A stretch of 36,647 bases of DNA from a virus (lineage: Duplodnaviria > Heunggongvirae > Uroviricota > Caudoviricetes). Positions 21,524 to 32,398 of this stretch are shown piece after piece. Under the pieces are notes generated by a model. It was given only the letters and a program-made list of their open reading frames with translations, searched no databases and was not told the origin of the DNA. The translations under genes were made by a program, and so were the position numbers. Each line of letters starts with the position of its first letter. Position 1 is the first letter of the stretch. Location of the stretch: the IMG/VR virus record IMGVR_UViG_2698536395_000034; one strand, 5' to 3'.

Positions 21524-23032
21524 TTATTCTTCGGACTGGTCGTCGGTGTGCTGCGGCTCCTGTCGTTTCGTTGCGGCACTACTGCCTCCTTTATCACTGG
21601 CCGGATCGGTATCAAATACCAGATCCAGCTTGCGGTTTTCATCAATTTCGGCCTTGCGCCGACGTTTGACATCATCCGGATTACGACCACCAGCACGTAC
21701 CCAGTCTGATTCTGTCGCCGCTCCACCACGAATCTGGATTTTCCAGGCCTCAGCCTCCTTAACAGGGTCAATCCACGGCATCACTGGTCCGGAATACACC
21801 GCGGTATACAGTGAAGAACGGTCAAGATCGCGGGGTAGCCTGATAACACCGGATGCCACAGCCTGTTTCAGCCATGCACGATACATCGGGCGGGTGACGG
21901 CACCAATAAACCAGTCCTGCAGGATCAGGTAGCCATCAGTGGATTCAACCAGCTCCTGACGCTGGGCGCTGTAAGTGCCGTTATAGTTGCGCGCTGTACT
22001 GGAAAAACTCAGACGACTGCCCGCCGCCACGGCACGCAACTGACCATTACGAAAAGTTTCAAGGTTAGGATTGGGGCGATCCGACTTCACCATTCCGATT
22101 TCTTCGCCGGGTTTCAGATCGTCGTAAATAATGCCCGGCTGAATGGTAAGCTCACGTTCATTCTCCTTTCTGCCATTACCATCCGGTTCATAGCTCTGCC
22201 CGTCGCCTTTCCTGATGTACATCCCCAGAGCAGCGGCGATCCTTGCTGCAGTCAGCTCAGAATCTTCATATTCTTTCAGGGCACTGAGGCGGATCAGCAC
22301 ACCGGACAACAAAGACGTCCCGCGCATCTGGTGCAGACGGCGAACAAATTTAAGATGCAGCATTCGCTCTGCATCCACTTCTTTGGTTTCCATCTGCCGT
22401 CCGGATACGGGACGGCTTTTATACACCAGATATTTTTCGGGACGCCCCCAGTCATCAACAAACACGCCCTGATTCAGCCTGTTGCTCTCATCACTAGTCA
22501 TGGGAATAAAGTCCGGCTCGAGCGCCTCCAGCCAGAAATGAACACCGGCAGAAGGCGCCAGGCTGTTTATGCGCCCGGAAACCATCTGGGCAAACACCTC
22601 ACCATCGCGCAGCCAGGTACGAAGCATCAGACGTTCCAGCATCGGACGGGTAAACTGCCCGGTGACTTCCGGGCTGACAGACCATTCACTCCATCGGGTG
22701 CGAATCTCCGCAGCCAGGTCACGGGCAATGGCCCCATTGCGTAATACCGGATGTGGCTCGACAATAATCCCGTTTTTCCCCACCACCCGTTCTTCCAGCT
22801 TGTCAAATACACCAATAACCAGATCGTGGTTGTTATCAAGGTAACGGGCCTGCTCACGTAACGACACGGCCCCGTACTGGCTTAACTGGTCGGCAGTTCG
22901 GTTCTCCCGTCGGGCTTTGTGTGTCCGCGTCGTTTTTACGGCCTCATAAGCCTGGATCACCGCACGGGAACGCAGCCTTGCCGCTTTCCATCCTGGTGAA
23001 AAAACGCCAATCACATCATCAAGAATTGCCAT
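21524..23032 (-). CDS. portal protein (lambda B-like)
   Basis: About 502 aa; start ATG overlaps the W-like stop (TGATG); located between terminase and protease-capsid gene. Confidence 0.85.
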   Translation of the reverse strand: MAILDDVIGVFSPGWKAARLRSRAVIQAYEAVKTTRTHKARRENRTADQLSQYGAVSLREQARYLDNNHDLVIGVFDKLEERVVGKNGIIVEPHPVLRNGAIARDLAAEIRTRWSEWSVSPEVTGQFTRPMLERLMLRTWLRDGEVFAQMVSGRINSLAPSAGVHFWLEALEPDFIPMTSDESNRLNQGVFVDDWGRPEKYLVYKSRPVSGRQMETKEVDAERMLHLKFVRRLHQMRGTSLLSGVLIRLSALKEYEDSELTAARIAAALGMYIRKGDGQSYEPDGNGRKENERELTIQPGIIYDDLKPGEEIGMVKSDRPNPNLETFRNGQLRAVAAGSRLSFSSTARNYNGTYSAQRQELVESTDGYLILQDWFIGAVTRPMYRAWLKQAVASGVIRLPRDLDRSSLYTAVYSGPVMPWIDPVKEAEAWKIQIRGGAATESDWVRAGGRNPDDVKRRRKAEIDENRKLDLVFDTDPASDKGGSSAATKRQEPQHTDDQSEE

Positions 23033-23244
23033 CAGAACCTCGCCAGCCGGTACCCGGGATGCCCCCGTCGTCGTGTAATCAGAGCCGCAAGGCGGCGCTC
23101 CCACTCCTGCCGTCCCTGCCGGATCTCAGATAAGTTTTCCATGGTCATCTGCTGACCATTAAAGGTGACGGATTTTCCGTCCAGCACCGCCATTTCAGCT
23201 TCCGTATAACGCTGAATCATGGCTTCGATATCATTCTGGTTCAT
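23032..23244 (-). CDS. gpW-like head-tail joining protein
   Basis: 70 aa; ATGA overlap with the TerL stop; C-terminal RRRGHPGYRLARF resembles the lambda W C-terminus; GGAGG 6 nt upstream. Confidence 0.6.
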   Translation of the reverse strand: MNQNDIEAMIQRYTEAEMAVLDGKSVTFNGQQMTMENLSEIRQGRQEWERRLAALITRRRGHPGYRLARF

Positions 23245-25340
23245 AACCATCCTCCGGAAGTCAGCCAGGGGTTAACATCGTCAGTTACTGTTTTCTTCCG
23301 TTTTTGTTTTTTAACAGGCGTGGATACCGGTTCCGGTGAGGATGACGGTTCGGTACTGTCCTGGACACACTCCAGCCAGGTCTCCCGGCTCGCCCACTCC
23401 GGTGCATCCGGCCAGCGGATCTTTTCGTATCCATGCAGAATGACCAGAGCCTCGGCATACACCATCAGGTCAAAAGCTTCGTTGGCACCGCGACCCGGCT
23501 TACTCCATTTCCCGTCACTGCTCCGCTCTTCATACGTCAGTTCGTCGTAAAACCAGCTCCCCAGCCAGTCAGGGAAATGCACATAGCCTGGACCTGGCGA
23601 GTCACGCCATAACGCGTTATTCACCCGGTCTTTCAGGGCATCCGTCTGAAGAAGCCAGAGCGGCACATCACCTGCGGCCTGCGCCCGGCGGCCCGTTCGT
23701 CCGGTGTTATCAGGGAATGTACGGCTGATCAGTTTTGCGCGCCGGATGCTGTCACCCTTAAACAGGTAAATACGTTTACCAAGGCCATCACGACGGCAAC
23801 GACGCCAGAATTTATAGGCATTATCAGTGACCCCGTCTTCACCGCCGGAGTCCACCGCCATTGCCATCAGTCGCATTTGTTGAGAAGGATCGGAGGCCAG
23901 CGGCCAGCTTTTATGAAAAACATCCGTCAGCAGGACATCCCAGTCTTCCGGATAGCTGGCCGGATCAATTCGCTGGCTCTCCCCGTCGCAGTCACTGCGC
24001 AATGACTGCGTGATGTTGTAACGATCAATAATCCAGCGTTCGCCACGACTGCCATAGCCCGTTACCTGAACCACAAAACGGCGATGACGTCCCGCCTGCA
24101 CATCCACTGTCGCCACAAGGAAATTAACGCCATCCGGCACACTGCGGGAAGGAACTGGCTCTGCCCGCTGCTCAAGCAGTTCACTTTTTCGTTGCTCCAT
24201 GCTGGCACGAGGAAGATAAGGCAATCCCCAGTCGGTGTTGATAACCGCCCTGAGTGTTTCTTCGCTTCCTGTCGCTTCATACTCCTGTTCTGCAGTCAGT
24301 AATTTGTAAACCAGTTGCGCCCAGGTCTGATACGCAGCAGCTGGCCCTTCCATCCAGAAACTGGCGATACGGGAGCGGCGCGGTTCACCGGAAACGTTGC
24401 CGTTACGATCAATGACCTGACCTTCACGCAACCAGACTCCTGCACTATTGAGCTCACGCTTTTTCTCCGCAGTGATAATGCCGCTGCAGTGCGGGCAAAG
24501 TAGATACGCCGCCTCACTGGCTTTAAAGGGATCCGGTTCATTACGGTAGCCGGTCATGGCATCCATGGCTGGCTGAAAATATTCACCGCAGTGCGGACAT
24601 GACCAGTACCAGCGGCGGCGGTCACCACGATTGTAAAGGGAAAGAATACCAGTCGTCGGTGGCGCTTCATGAGGCGACTTACGTCGCCATTTGCTGTCGC
24701 AGATGTCACGTCCCGGCGAGCTCTCCACCAGAGTCATCCCAGCGGACATAAATGTGGTGGTACGTTTTGAGGCCAGGGAGAAACCATCACCCTCGCTGTC
24801 GATATTCTCCGGAAAACGGTCGTAATCGGTTAAGGCGACAAACCGGTAATCCGACGACGACATAATGTTGACCGAGGGCCAACCAATTTTAAGGAACGAG
24901 CCATCCCTGAACGTCTTATCATGGACATTATTGTCGTTACGACGTGGACTCATTCTTTTCTTTACCGCCGCACTGCTTCTGAACGTTCTGTCGAGGCGCT
25001 TTTTAGAATGCTCGCGGGCCTTATCTTCGGTCATCTGCACAACGAGCATGTCCGAAGGATCGCAAACGATGGTATAGACAATCCATCCATCGATCAGACC
25101 AATGGTCTTCCCTGTTCGCGCAGGACCAACAAAAATCACCGCATCGTATTCACGCGATGCCAGGCAGTTCATGGGCTCAATGATGTAGGGTGTCAGTTCA
25201 GGATCCCATGGCACCGAGTTACCAGCCCCCTTGGGAACACGCATGAATTTTTTAACAGCCTCCGAAATCGGCATGCGACGTGGTGGGGAAAATCCTGCCG
25301 ATATGTCCCTTCCCAAATTTCGGGCTGATGAAAAACCCAT
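23241..25340 (-). CDS. terminase large subunit (lambda gpA-like)
   Basis: 699 aa; Walker A VGPARTGKT; AGGAGG 5 nt upstream of ATG 25340. Confidence 0.9.
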   Translation of the reverse strand: MGFSSARNLGRDISAGFSPPRRMPISEAVKKFMRVPKGAGNSVPWDPELTPYIIEPMNCLASREYDAVIFVGPARTGKTIGLIDGWIVYTIVCDPSDMLVVQMTEDKAREHSKKRLDRTFRSSAAVKKRMSPRRNDNNVHDKTFRDGSFLKIGWPSVNIMSSSDYRFVALTDYDRFPENIDSEGDGFSLASKRTTTFMSAGMTLVESSPGRDICDSKWRRKSPHEAPPTTGILSLYNRGDRRRWYWSCPHCGEYFQPAMDAMTGYRNEPDPFKASEAAYLLCPHCSGIITAEKKRELNSAGVWLREGQVIDRNGNVSGEPRRSRIASFWMEGPAAAYQTWAQLVYKLLTAEQEYEATGSEETLRAVINTDWGLPYLPRASMEQRKSELLEQRAEPVPSRSVPDGVNFLVATVDVQAGRHRRFVVQVTGYGSRGERWIIDRYNITQSLRSDCDGESQRIDPASYPEDWDVLLTDVFHKSWPLASDPSQQMRLMAMAVDSGGEDGVTDNAYKFWRRCRRDGLGKRIYLFKGDSIRRAKLISRTFPDNTGRTGRRAQAAGDVPLWLLQTDALKDRVNNALWRDSPGPGYVHFPDWLGSWFYDELTYEERSSDGKWSKPGRGANEAFDLMVYAEALVILHGYEKIRWPDAPEWASRETWLECVQDSTEPSSSPEPVSTPVKKQKRKKTVTDDVNPWLTSGGWL

Positions 25341-25348
25341 TATTCCTC

Positions 25349-25876
25349 CTAGAGACTCTCTCCTTCCTCATCAGGAATTAATTCAGCAGCACAAGCCTCG
25401 TAGGATTTTTCCTGAAGAGTGTATCGCAGGTCATCAATGGCCTGCTGTACAACGCCGACGGCCTGAGGAGTCAGGGCGCAATCGCGTTCAAGAACATCCG
25501 GAATTGTCTCCAGAACCTGGACGACAGCCTTTCTCATGGACGAATAGACGATGACTACTTCATCAACGGGGATGAGTTTTCGCTGCTCCTTTTCCAGCTT
25601 GATCCTTTCATTTTCAGATTGGTACCAGTCCTTTCTCTCTTTCGGCTCCATACGGGATGGATCATGAACAGAGTCTGCTGCCTCATGCTTCACACTAAAC
25701 AGGGCTGGCCCGACATGCTGCAGGGCGTAAACGGGGTTCCCCCTGACAGTCGCAGCCACAGGAGTGTTAGCCGCGAGGAGCCGTTTTTTTACTGTGTCCC
25801 GGTGAAGCCCAAAGGCCTCAGCGATTTTAAAAACACTCCAGTAATAAGCATCACCGATCCCGCTCACATTTGACAT
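25349..25876 (-). CDS. terminase small subunit (Nu1 position)
   Basis: 175 aa from ATG 25876 (GGAG upstream); N-terminal HTH-like SVFKIAEAFGLHRDTVKKRL; immediately upstream of TerL and next to the cos-like site. Confidence 0.6.
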   Translation of the reverse strand: MSNVSGIGDAYYWSVFKIAEAFGLHRDTVKKRLLAANTPVAATVRGNPVYALQHVGPALFSVKHEAADSVHDPSRMEPKERKDWYQSENERIKLEKEQRKLIPVDEVVIVYSSMRKAVVQVLETIPDVLERDCALTPQAVGVVQQAIDDLRYTLQEKSYEACAAELIPDEEGESL

Positions 25877-26049
25877 AAGCAACTCCATCTGGCAGGTGAA
25901 AATCATGTTTATTTATATATTTCAATTAATTGCAAACTGGTCTAATGACAGGGAGAAAGAAATATTGTACAGGTGAAAAGAGAAATAACTTTTAATTATC
26001 AATAAATTACCAAACATGCTGCCGCCGCCATGGAAATGCAAAAACTAGC

Positions 26050-26080
26050 CTTTTTCCGCGACGCTCCCGCCCCGTGGCAG
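26050..26080. other. candidate cos (cohesive end) site
   Basis: GC-rich CCGCGACGCTCCCGCCCCGT resembles the reverse complement of the lambda cosN region (CCCGCGAGGTCGCCGCCCCGT) as recalled; sits about 180 bp upstream of the small terminase gene. Confidence 0.4.
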
Positions 26081-26101
26081 GGGCCCCCACCGGGAGGACC
26101 C

Positions 26102-26125
26102 GACAGCCTGACAGCCTGACAGCCG
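26102..26125. repeat. tandem octamer (GACAGCCT x3) next to the cos-like site
   Basis: gacagcctgacagcctgacagccg read directly. Confidence 0.6.
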
Positions 26126-26260
26126 TGATGAGCATCTGATACAGCGCTTTACATAATGGCATAGGAATAATTCAGAAGGACATCACAGCATGCCCACACA
26201 AATTAGTGTGAGTGTCCTGTTTCTTCCTACGCACAGGACTGACGAGCATGAGGGGAAAAT

Positions 26261-26428
26261 ATGCGAACCATAAATGCCTCATCTTCAGCAATGCAACCGG
26301 CATCCGAACAGGACGATATTGTAAATTCACCTAATTACGAGGACATTGCAGTAGTTGAATTGCAGCTCTGTATTAGCCTGACAGTGACAGAATGCGATAT
26401 TGACTCTGTCACAGGTGAAATAGTTTGA
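26261..26428 (+). CDS. hypothetical 55-aa acidic protein
   Basis: ATG 26261 with GAGGGG 5 nt upstream; MRTINASSSAMQPASEQDDIVNSPNYEDIAVVELQLCISLTVTECDIDSVTGEIV; not in ORF track (<60 aa). Confidence 0.25.
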   Translation: MRTINASSSAMQPASEQDDIVNSPNYEDIAVVELQLCISLTVTECDIDSVTGEIV

Positions 26429-26448
26429 ATGATTAGCAGTTATGGTGC

Positions 26449-26655
26449 TCAGTCAACCACCAGGGAATAATCCTTCGAATTCTTATCGTGCTTCACCAAC
26501 GCTGCCTCAATTGCCCTGAATGCTTCCAGAGACACCTGATGTTCTATACATGCAATTACAACATCCGGGTAACTCATAGAAATGGTGCTATTAAGCATAT
26601 TTTTTACACGAATCAGATCCAACGAGACTTCATCAGCAGATTGTTCTTTATTCAT
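26449..26655 (-). CDS. ynfO: small prophage protein, YnfO-like by position
   Basis: 68 aa; ATG with GGAG 8 nt upstream; first gene of the moron cluster. Confidence 0.35.
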   Translation of the reverse strand: MNKEQSADEVSLDLIRVKNMLNSTISMSYPDVVIACIEHQVSLEAFRAIEAALVKHDKNSKDYSLVVD

Positions 26656-26955
26656 TTTGTCGCTCCATGCGTTTGCTCGTCATCTAGCGGTTAAAATATT
26701 ACTTCAAATCTTACTGCATAAAAGAGGAAAAGTATGAAAGTTTGAGTACATCGACCTTACATACATCTGTCGGTTGCATATCCCTCCTGGATGCCAGCAA
26801 GGCTCAATTTTGTTACGCAATCAACACTATTCATTAAAAACAGGCTTAATATTTGACATAAATCATCAACAAAACACAAAGAGGTCAGACCAGATTGAAA
26901 CAATAAACACGATAATGCTAACTACGCGCCATCGTATCACATGGAAGGTTTACCA

Positions 26956-27366
26956 ATGGCTCAGGCTGCCATTTTTAAAGAAATATTCGATCAAGTGCGT
27001 AAAGATTTAAACTGTGAATTATTTTATTCTGAGCTAAAACGTCACAATGTCTCACTTTATATTTACTATTTAGCCACAGATAATATTCACATTGTGTTAG
27101 AAAACGACAACATAGTGTTAGTAAAAGGACTCAAAAAGGTTGTAAATGTTAAATTCTCCAGAAACAAACATCTTATAGAGACCTCCTATAATAAGTTGAA
27201 ATCAAAAGAAATCACATTTCAACAATACAGGGAAAATCTTGCTAAAGCAGGAGTTTTCCGATGGGTTACAAATATCCAGGAACACCAAAGATATTACTAT
27301 GCCTTTGATAACTCATTACTATTTACTGAAAGCATCCAGAAAACTACACAGATCTTACCACGCTAA
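26956..27366 (+). CDS. ydfO: DUF1398-family prophage protein
   Basis: 136 aa from ATG 26956 (GAAGG upstream); [31 protein letters not shown]... recognised as YdfO-like. Confidence 0.6.
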   Translation: MAQAAIFKEIFDQVRKDLNCELFYSELKRHNVSLYIYYLATDNIHIVLENDNIVLVKGLKKVVNVKFSRNKHLIETSYNKLKSKEITFQQYRENLAKAGVFRWVTNIQEHQRYYYAFDNSLLFTESIQKTTQILPR

Positions 27367-27517
27367 ACCATAACGTCCGGCTTCTCTCACTCCTGAGCCG
27401 GACTGCATTGGTTTAATAAAAACCATCAACAATTGTGATTTAGATATTCGGAACCATTCAAATATAACAAAACCCCGAAAAAACGAGGTTTATGGATAAA
27501 TTTTATTATTGAATACA

Positions 27518-27691
27518 TCAGATTAAATTAATCTTGACATCATAGCTTTCAAGACCCGTCATTTTTTCCCGTGCGGTAAACTGAATACTGGTAACTTCTT
27601 TCCCGGTCTTTTTCTTAAGTTCAATAATTTTTTTTGTTATATATTCAGAAATATCTGCTTCTGCTTTTGTTTTTAAGTTTTCAATATTCAT
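27518..27691 (-). CDS. gnsB: GnsA/GnsB-family small protein
   Basis: 57-aa ORF translated by hand: MNIENLKTKAEADISEYITKKIIELKKKTGKEVTSIQFTAREKMTGLESYDVKINLI; not in ORF track. Confidence 0.7.
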   Translation of the reverse strand: MNIENLKTKAEADISEYITKKIIELKKKTGKEVTSIQFTAREKMTGLESYDVKINLI

Positions 27692-27862
27692 CATTTCCTC
27701 TTTTAGTCTGTTATGACTTTCCAGTTACACAGTAAGTCGATTATATGGTGCAAACGTGTAAAAGATAAGATGAAACATCGCAATAATCAACATACGATAG
27801 TCTAAATTTTACACAAACAGACAAAGAGAATTTTCCTGAATTATCAATACAATAGCATCAAA

Positions 27863-28093
27863 TCAACTCAAGAGCCTTATTGCTGCTTCCAGAATTTCTT
27901 CTGAAGTAACATGTCGATCCGCGGCTACATAAATGACTTTATGATCTCCGGTCAGAGATGGAAACCCTGCGGCCATTACAGTAAGGTGTGTTTTTTCGCC
28001 ATTTGGATATTCACGCATGATGGTGTTAACTCCAGTCATCGCTGGCACTACCACTGCTGGTTCAGAGTTAAAAAAAACTATGATTTTTTTCAT
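27863..28093 (-). CDS. ynfN: small prophage protein, YnfN-like by position
   Basis: 76 aa from ATG 28093 (MKKIIVFFNSEP...); the ORF-track extension starts with TTG and would overlap the upstream terminator. Confidence 0.45.
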   Translation of the reverse strand: MKKIIVFFNSEPAVVVPAMTGVNTIMREYPNGEKTHLTVMAAGFPSLTGDHKVIYVAADRHVTSEEILEAAIRLLS

Positions 28094-28134
28094 GATGTTA
28101 CCGTAGTATGTGAGTATCCATCGAATAGATACCA

Positions 28135-28157
28135 AGCAAAAAAGCTCCCGAAGGAGC
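28135..28157 (-). terminator. putative terminator downstream of cspI
   Basis: Stem GCTCC / GGAGC with loop CGAA, followed on the minus strand by a T-run. Confidence 0.4.
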
Positions 28158-28364
28158 CTTCATTTTCACTTTTTTAAATCCAACGACAGACGGCTGGCAT
28201 TTAAGTATTGTGAAATATTATCAAATGTAATCATCATTGATTTACAAAAGATACATTTTGCCCCGAAAGGATTCATGTCAGAAACATCAAAAGATGATGT
28301 TCTATACTGGGAACCATGACAACACGGGCATCTAAAGTGAATATGGTTTGTAATATTGTCTACC

Positions 28365-28577
28365 TCAAAGCGCCACTACATGAACAGCGGCAGGACCTTT
28401 AGGTCCGTTCTCAATACCAAATTCAACTTCCTGATTCTCAGTTAATGTTTTGAAATCGTTGCTCTGAATTGCTGAGAAATGGACAAACACATCTTTGCTG
28501 CCATCTTTCGGCGTGATGAAACCAAAACCTTTTTCAGGGTTAAACCATTTCACTAAACCAGTCATTTTGTTAGACAT
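28365..28577 (-). CDS. cspI: cold shock protein (CspA family)
   Basis: 70 aa [38 protein letters not shown]... with RNP1/RNP2 motifs; recognised as CspI. Confidence 0.9.
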   Translation of the reverse strand: MSNKMTGLVKWFNPEKGFGFITPKDGSKDVFVHFSAIQSNDFKTLTENQEVEFGIENGPKGPAAVHVVAL

Positions 28578-28939
28578 AATTATTACCTTTTGAAGAAATT
28601 AGCCCTTGGGCAGAATGGTCCGAAAAAAAATATCAGAGAGAAAAACCAACAAGGAAATCTCAAGAGGTACAAATAATAAAATTATAACAATGACTGCTTC
28701 AGATAAATTTGTAACAAACCAGAACACCATTAACGCATGATTAACCACCCATAGCAAGGATTACTTTTGTAAAGAAAAACACAGCAATGAAAGAATAGCT
28801 TTATTTATTAATAAAACGTGTCATTCTGATTAAGACCTTTTATCTTACCCTTAAGATTTCAGGAATTTTGGCTCATGGAAGAGTCCTTTTTATTTAAATT
28901 TTACATTCCGCGATGTAAATGTTCCGATTTAATATTACC

Positions 28940-29963
<1,024 letters not shown>

Positions 29964-29967
<4 letters not shown>

Positions 29968-30275
29968 ATATATTTATGATGAGGACGCTCGTGCTTATTG
30001 GCAGGATTTTCAATCTTAAAGGAGTACTGATGCTGCAGATAAGACTCAACTTTTTCTGACAATTTTTCTGCTACTTCCAGGAAGACTTGCCGGACGCTCC
30101 TTCTGGCTGCTGCCTCATAAAACTCCAGCGCAGCTCCTTCAACACGGTCCATGGCGACATCCAGGTCAAAAATTTCACCGTCAAAGCGTTCCTTGTCCTG
30201 TAAGGCTACAGTTACCGTAACTTTATTCTCAAAATTACGGACTCCTTTCACAACCAGTTCATAGTCTTGAGTCAT
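29964..30275 (-). CDS. ydfR: DUF1327-family prophage protein between holin and endolysin
   Basis: 103 aa; GAGGAG 9 nt upstream; position matches ydfR in Qin-type lysis cassettes. Confidence 0.6.
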
Positions 30276-30279
30276 TGGA

Positions 30280-30495
30280 TTACTCTCCTCTCGCAGCCTT
30301 ACGCCTGTCTTCTTTAATCTTGAAATAAAGATTTGTCAGATACGTCAGCAGGCCAAAAACCAGGCTACCCAGCACACCGATTGCAGCCCACTGTGACGGA
30401 GTTACTTTATCGAGTAACTGTAATGCCCAGAAACCAGCATTACCCGCCGATGTGCCATAGGCAACACCTGTTGTTAACTTATCCATTGATTTCAT
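30280..30495 (-). CDS. essQ: S21-type pinholin with dual-start motif
   Basis: 71 aa from ATG 30495; starts MKSMDK (Met1/Met4 dual start) and is close to phage 21 S (…[12 protein letters not shown]…[14 protein letters not shown]…[21 protein letters not shown]). Confidence 0.85.
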   Translation of the reverse strand: MKSMDKLTTGVAYGTSAGNAGFWALQLLDKVTPSQWAAIGVLGSLVFGLLTYLTNLYFKIKEDRRKAARGE

Positions 30496-30714
30496 ATCCT
30501 CACCCCGATGTACACGGATGGTGCAATATGTTTGAAAAAGATCGGAGTCTACGGGGTAGTTTTGACAGCACACGTTGTTCTCAACGGCGCTAAAGAAACA
30601 TACACATTAAAAATGTGAGTAATTATTTTGAAAGAAAGTCATATATAAAATAATAATACGAGAAATGTTTTCATATTTAGTGTACTGTATACGGCCATTA
30701 TACAGGAAAAGCCT

Positions 30715-30885
30715 ATGTCAGAACGTAAAGACTCAAAATCACGCCGTAATTATCTCGTTAAATGTTCCTGCCCAAACTGCACCCAAGAGTCAGAACACAG
30801 TTTTTCAAGAGTACAAAAAGGTGCCCTTTTGATCTGCCCTCATTGCAACAAAGTATTCCAGACAAATCTTAAAGCTGTAGCCTGA
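30715..30885 (+). CDS. hypothetical 56-aa zinc-ribbon protein (CxxC-x18-CxxC)
   Basis: Hand translation MSERKDSKSRRNYLVKCSCPNCTQESEHSFSRVQKGALLICPHCNKVFQTNLKAVA; AGGA 9 nt upstream; not in ORF track. Confidence 0.35.
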   Translation: MSERKDSKSRRNYLVKCSCPNCTQESEHSFSRVQKGALLICPHCNKVFQTNLKAVA

Positions 30886-30942
30886 TTGATTTTATTAGTA
30901 ACAAGTATTTTTTATATTTTAATAATATATTTAAAGCAGATA

Positions 30943-30966
30943 ATAAAAAACCCGCCTGAGCGGGTT
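30943..30966 (-). terminator. Rho-independent terminator on the minus strand, downstream of cspB
   Basis: Stem AACCCGC / GCGGGTT, loop CTGA, followed on the minus strand by T6. Confidence 0.45.
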
Positions 30967-31248
30967 TGAGATTGTGGTGCTTTTTGTGGGAGTCATCCAC
31001 TTACGCACTTTGTTTTGCGATGCCAGCAGTTAGCTTCTGCTGTGAAACTATTCATGCAGCAAACCTGCACTTCACCACAATGGTTAGCATACTTTTCCTG
31101 ATTAAGATTTTGCCAAATATGCTAGCCATTGTTTCATGTATTGGACCTCCTTACTTTTTATTAAAGAGATCCAATATTCACTACTCTGTCCGTATCTCTA
31201 CTCAGGCATCAGCCTTCTTCGTTATCGTATACAGACGAGCGATGAATT

Positions 31249-31464
31249 TTAATCAGTAATGATGACATTTGCTGCTGCAGGACCTTTAGCACCTCTCTCT
31301 ATAGAGAAGGTAACCTTTTGACCTTCAAATAAGGTTCGATAATTATCATTCTGAATCGCAGAAAAATGCACAAACACATCTTTACTACCATCAACAGGAG
31401 AAATAAAGCCGAAACCTTTATCAGCGTTAAACCATTTTACTAAACCAGTCATTTTATTTGACAT
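31249..31464 (-). CDS. cspB: cold shock protein B
   Basis: 71 aa [53 protein letters not shown]...; recognised CspB sequence. Confidence 0.92.
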   Translation of the reverse strand: MSNKMTGLVKWFNADKGFGFISPVDGSKDVFVHFSAIQNDNYRTLFEGQKVTFSIERGAKGPAAANVIITD

Positions 31465-31764
31465 TCTACATTCCTTAACTTGAGCCTTTCGGCATAAATG
31501 GTTTGCATAACAGAAACGACTTCGTACTTAATTGGAGAGACTCAAAGAAGGAATAAGTGAATAACACCTGAAATGAGAACTGCTTTAGTAAACTACTTCG
31601 TATATCGTCTGTTCTTCAAACCGACGCAATCATTAACGCATAGTTGAACATATGAAGCAATGTTTATTTTAGACATCCAGCCATCTTCAACCCCATCAAA
31701 AAACTATAGCTTTCTTCAGGAACGTGTGTATAGTGCGCCAAGTTATCAGTATTAAGGAATTTTT

Positions 31765-31977
31765 TTGTCCCGTAAAATGACAGGAATTGTCAAAACCTTT
31801 GACGGCAAAAGCGGCAAGGGTCTTATCACCCCATCCGATGGTCGTATCGATGTCCAGCTTCATGTTTCAGCGCTCAATCTCCGCGATGCAGAAGAAATTA
31901 CCACCGGATTACGCGTGGAATTTTGCCGGATAAATGGTCTGCGTGGCCCTTCAGCTGCCAATGTTTACCTTTCATGA
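31765..31977 (+). CDS. cspF: cold shock protein F-like (CspA family)
   Basis: 70 aa [38 protein letters not shown]...; divergent from cspB as in Qin. Confidence 0.88.
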
Positions 31978-32264
31978 GCTATATTAAAGCTTTAATTTCA
32001 GGCCCCATCGGATCACACATGGAGAGTTTTTATGAATAACCCCGTCTGTCTTGATGACTGGTTGATTGGCTTTAAAAGCTTATGCTGTACTTTGGCCGTA
32101 ATAGCTCTGCTAATAATATAATAAGCAGACTCATTGTGTTTAGGGACATTGTACTGGAAGAAAACATTTTAAACATCAGGCAAATAACCAAGTCACCAGC
32201 TAAATAATAAGTTAACAGACATGAGTCCCGGGATGAGATTCAACATTACCATTGCCCCATTTAA

Positions 32265-32300
32265 AGCACAAAACCCGCTCATCAGCGGGTTTTCTACTTT
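32265..32300. terminator. hairpin with flanking A/T runs; possible bidirectional terminator (tR'-like on minus, cspF 3' end on plus)
   Basis: Stem CCCGCT / AGCGGG (32274..32289), preceded by A-run and followed by T-run on the plus strand. Confidence 0.4.
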
Positions 32301-32338
32301 TTCTTAACGTCGGGTATACAAAGCCCATCGTTGAAAAA

Positions 32339-32367
32339 ATTTTATCCATATTTTTTGAAAAATGCAA
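32339..32367 (-). promoter_or_regulatory. candidate late promoter (pR'-like) just downstream of Q
   Basis: Minus strand -35 TTGCAT (32367..32362), 17-nt spacer, -10 TAAAAT (32344..32339); 30-60 bp after the Q stop and upstream of the hairpin at about 32274..32289. Confidence 0.35.
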
Positions 32368-32398
32368 ACATCATGTCGCCATCTTCAGCAAAAATCAT

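Noticed and set aside
30966-31259. 97-aa plus-strand ORF between the zinc-ribbon ORF and cspB
   Set aside because: Begins inside a terminator hairpin, has no RBS, and is antisense to the cspB 3' region.
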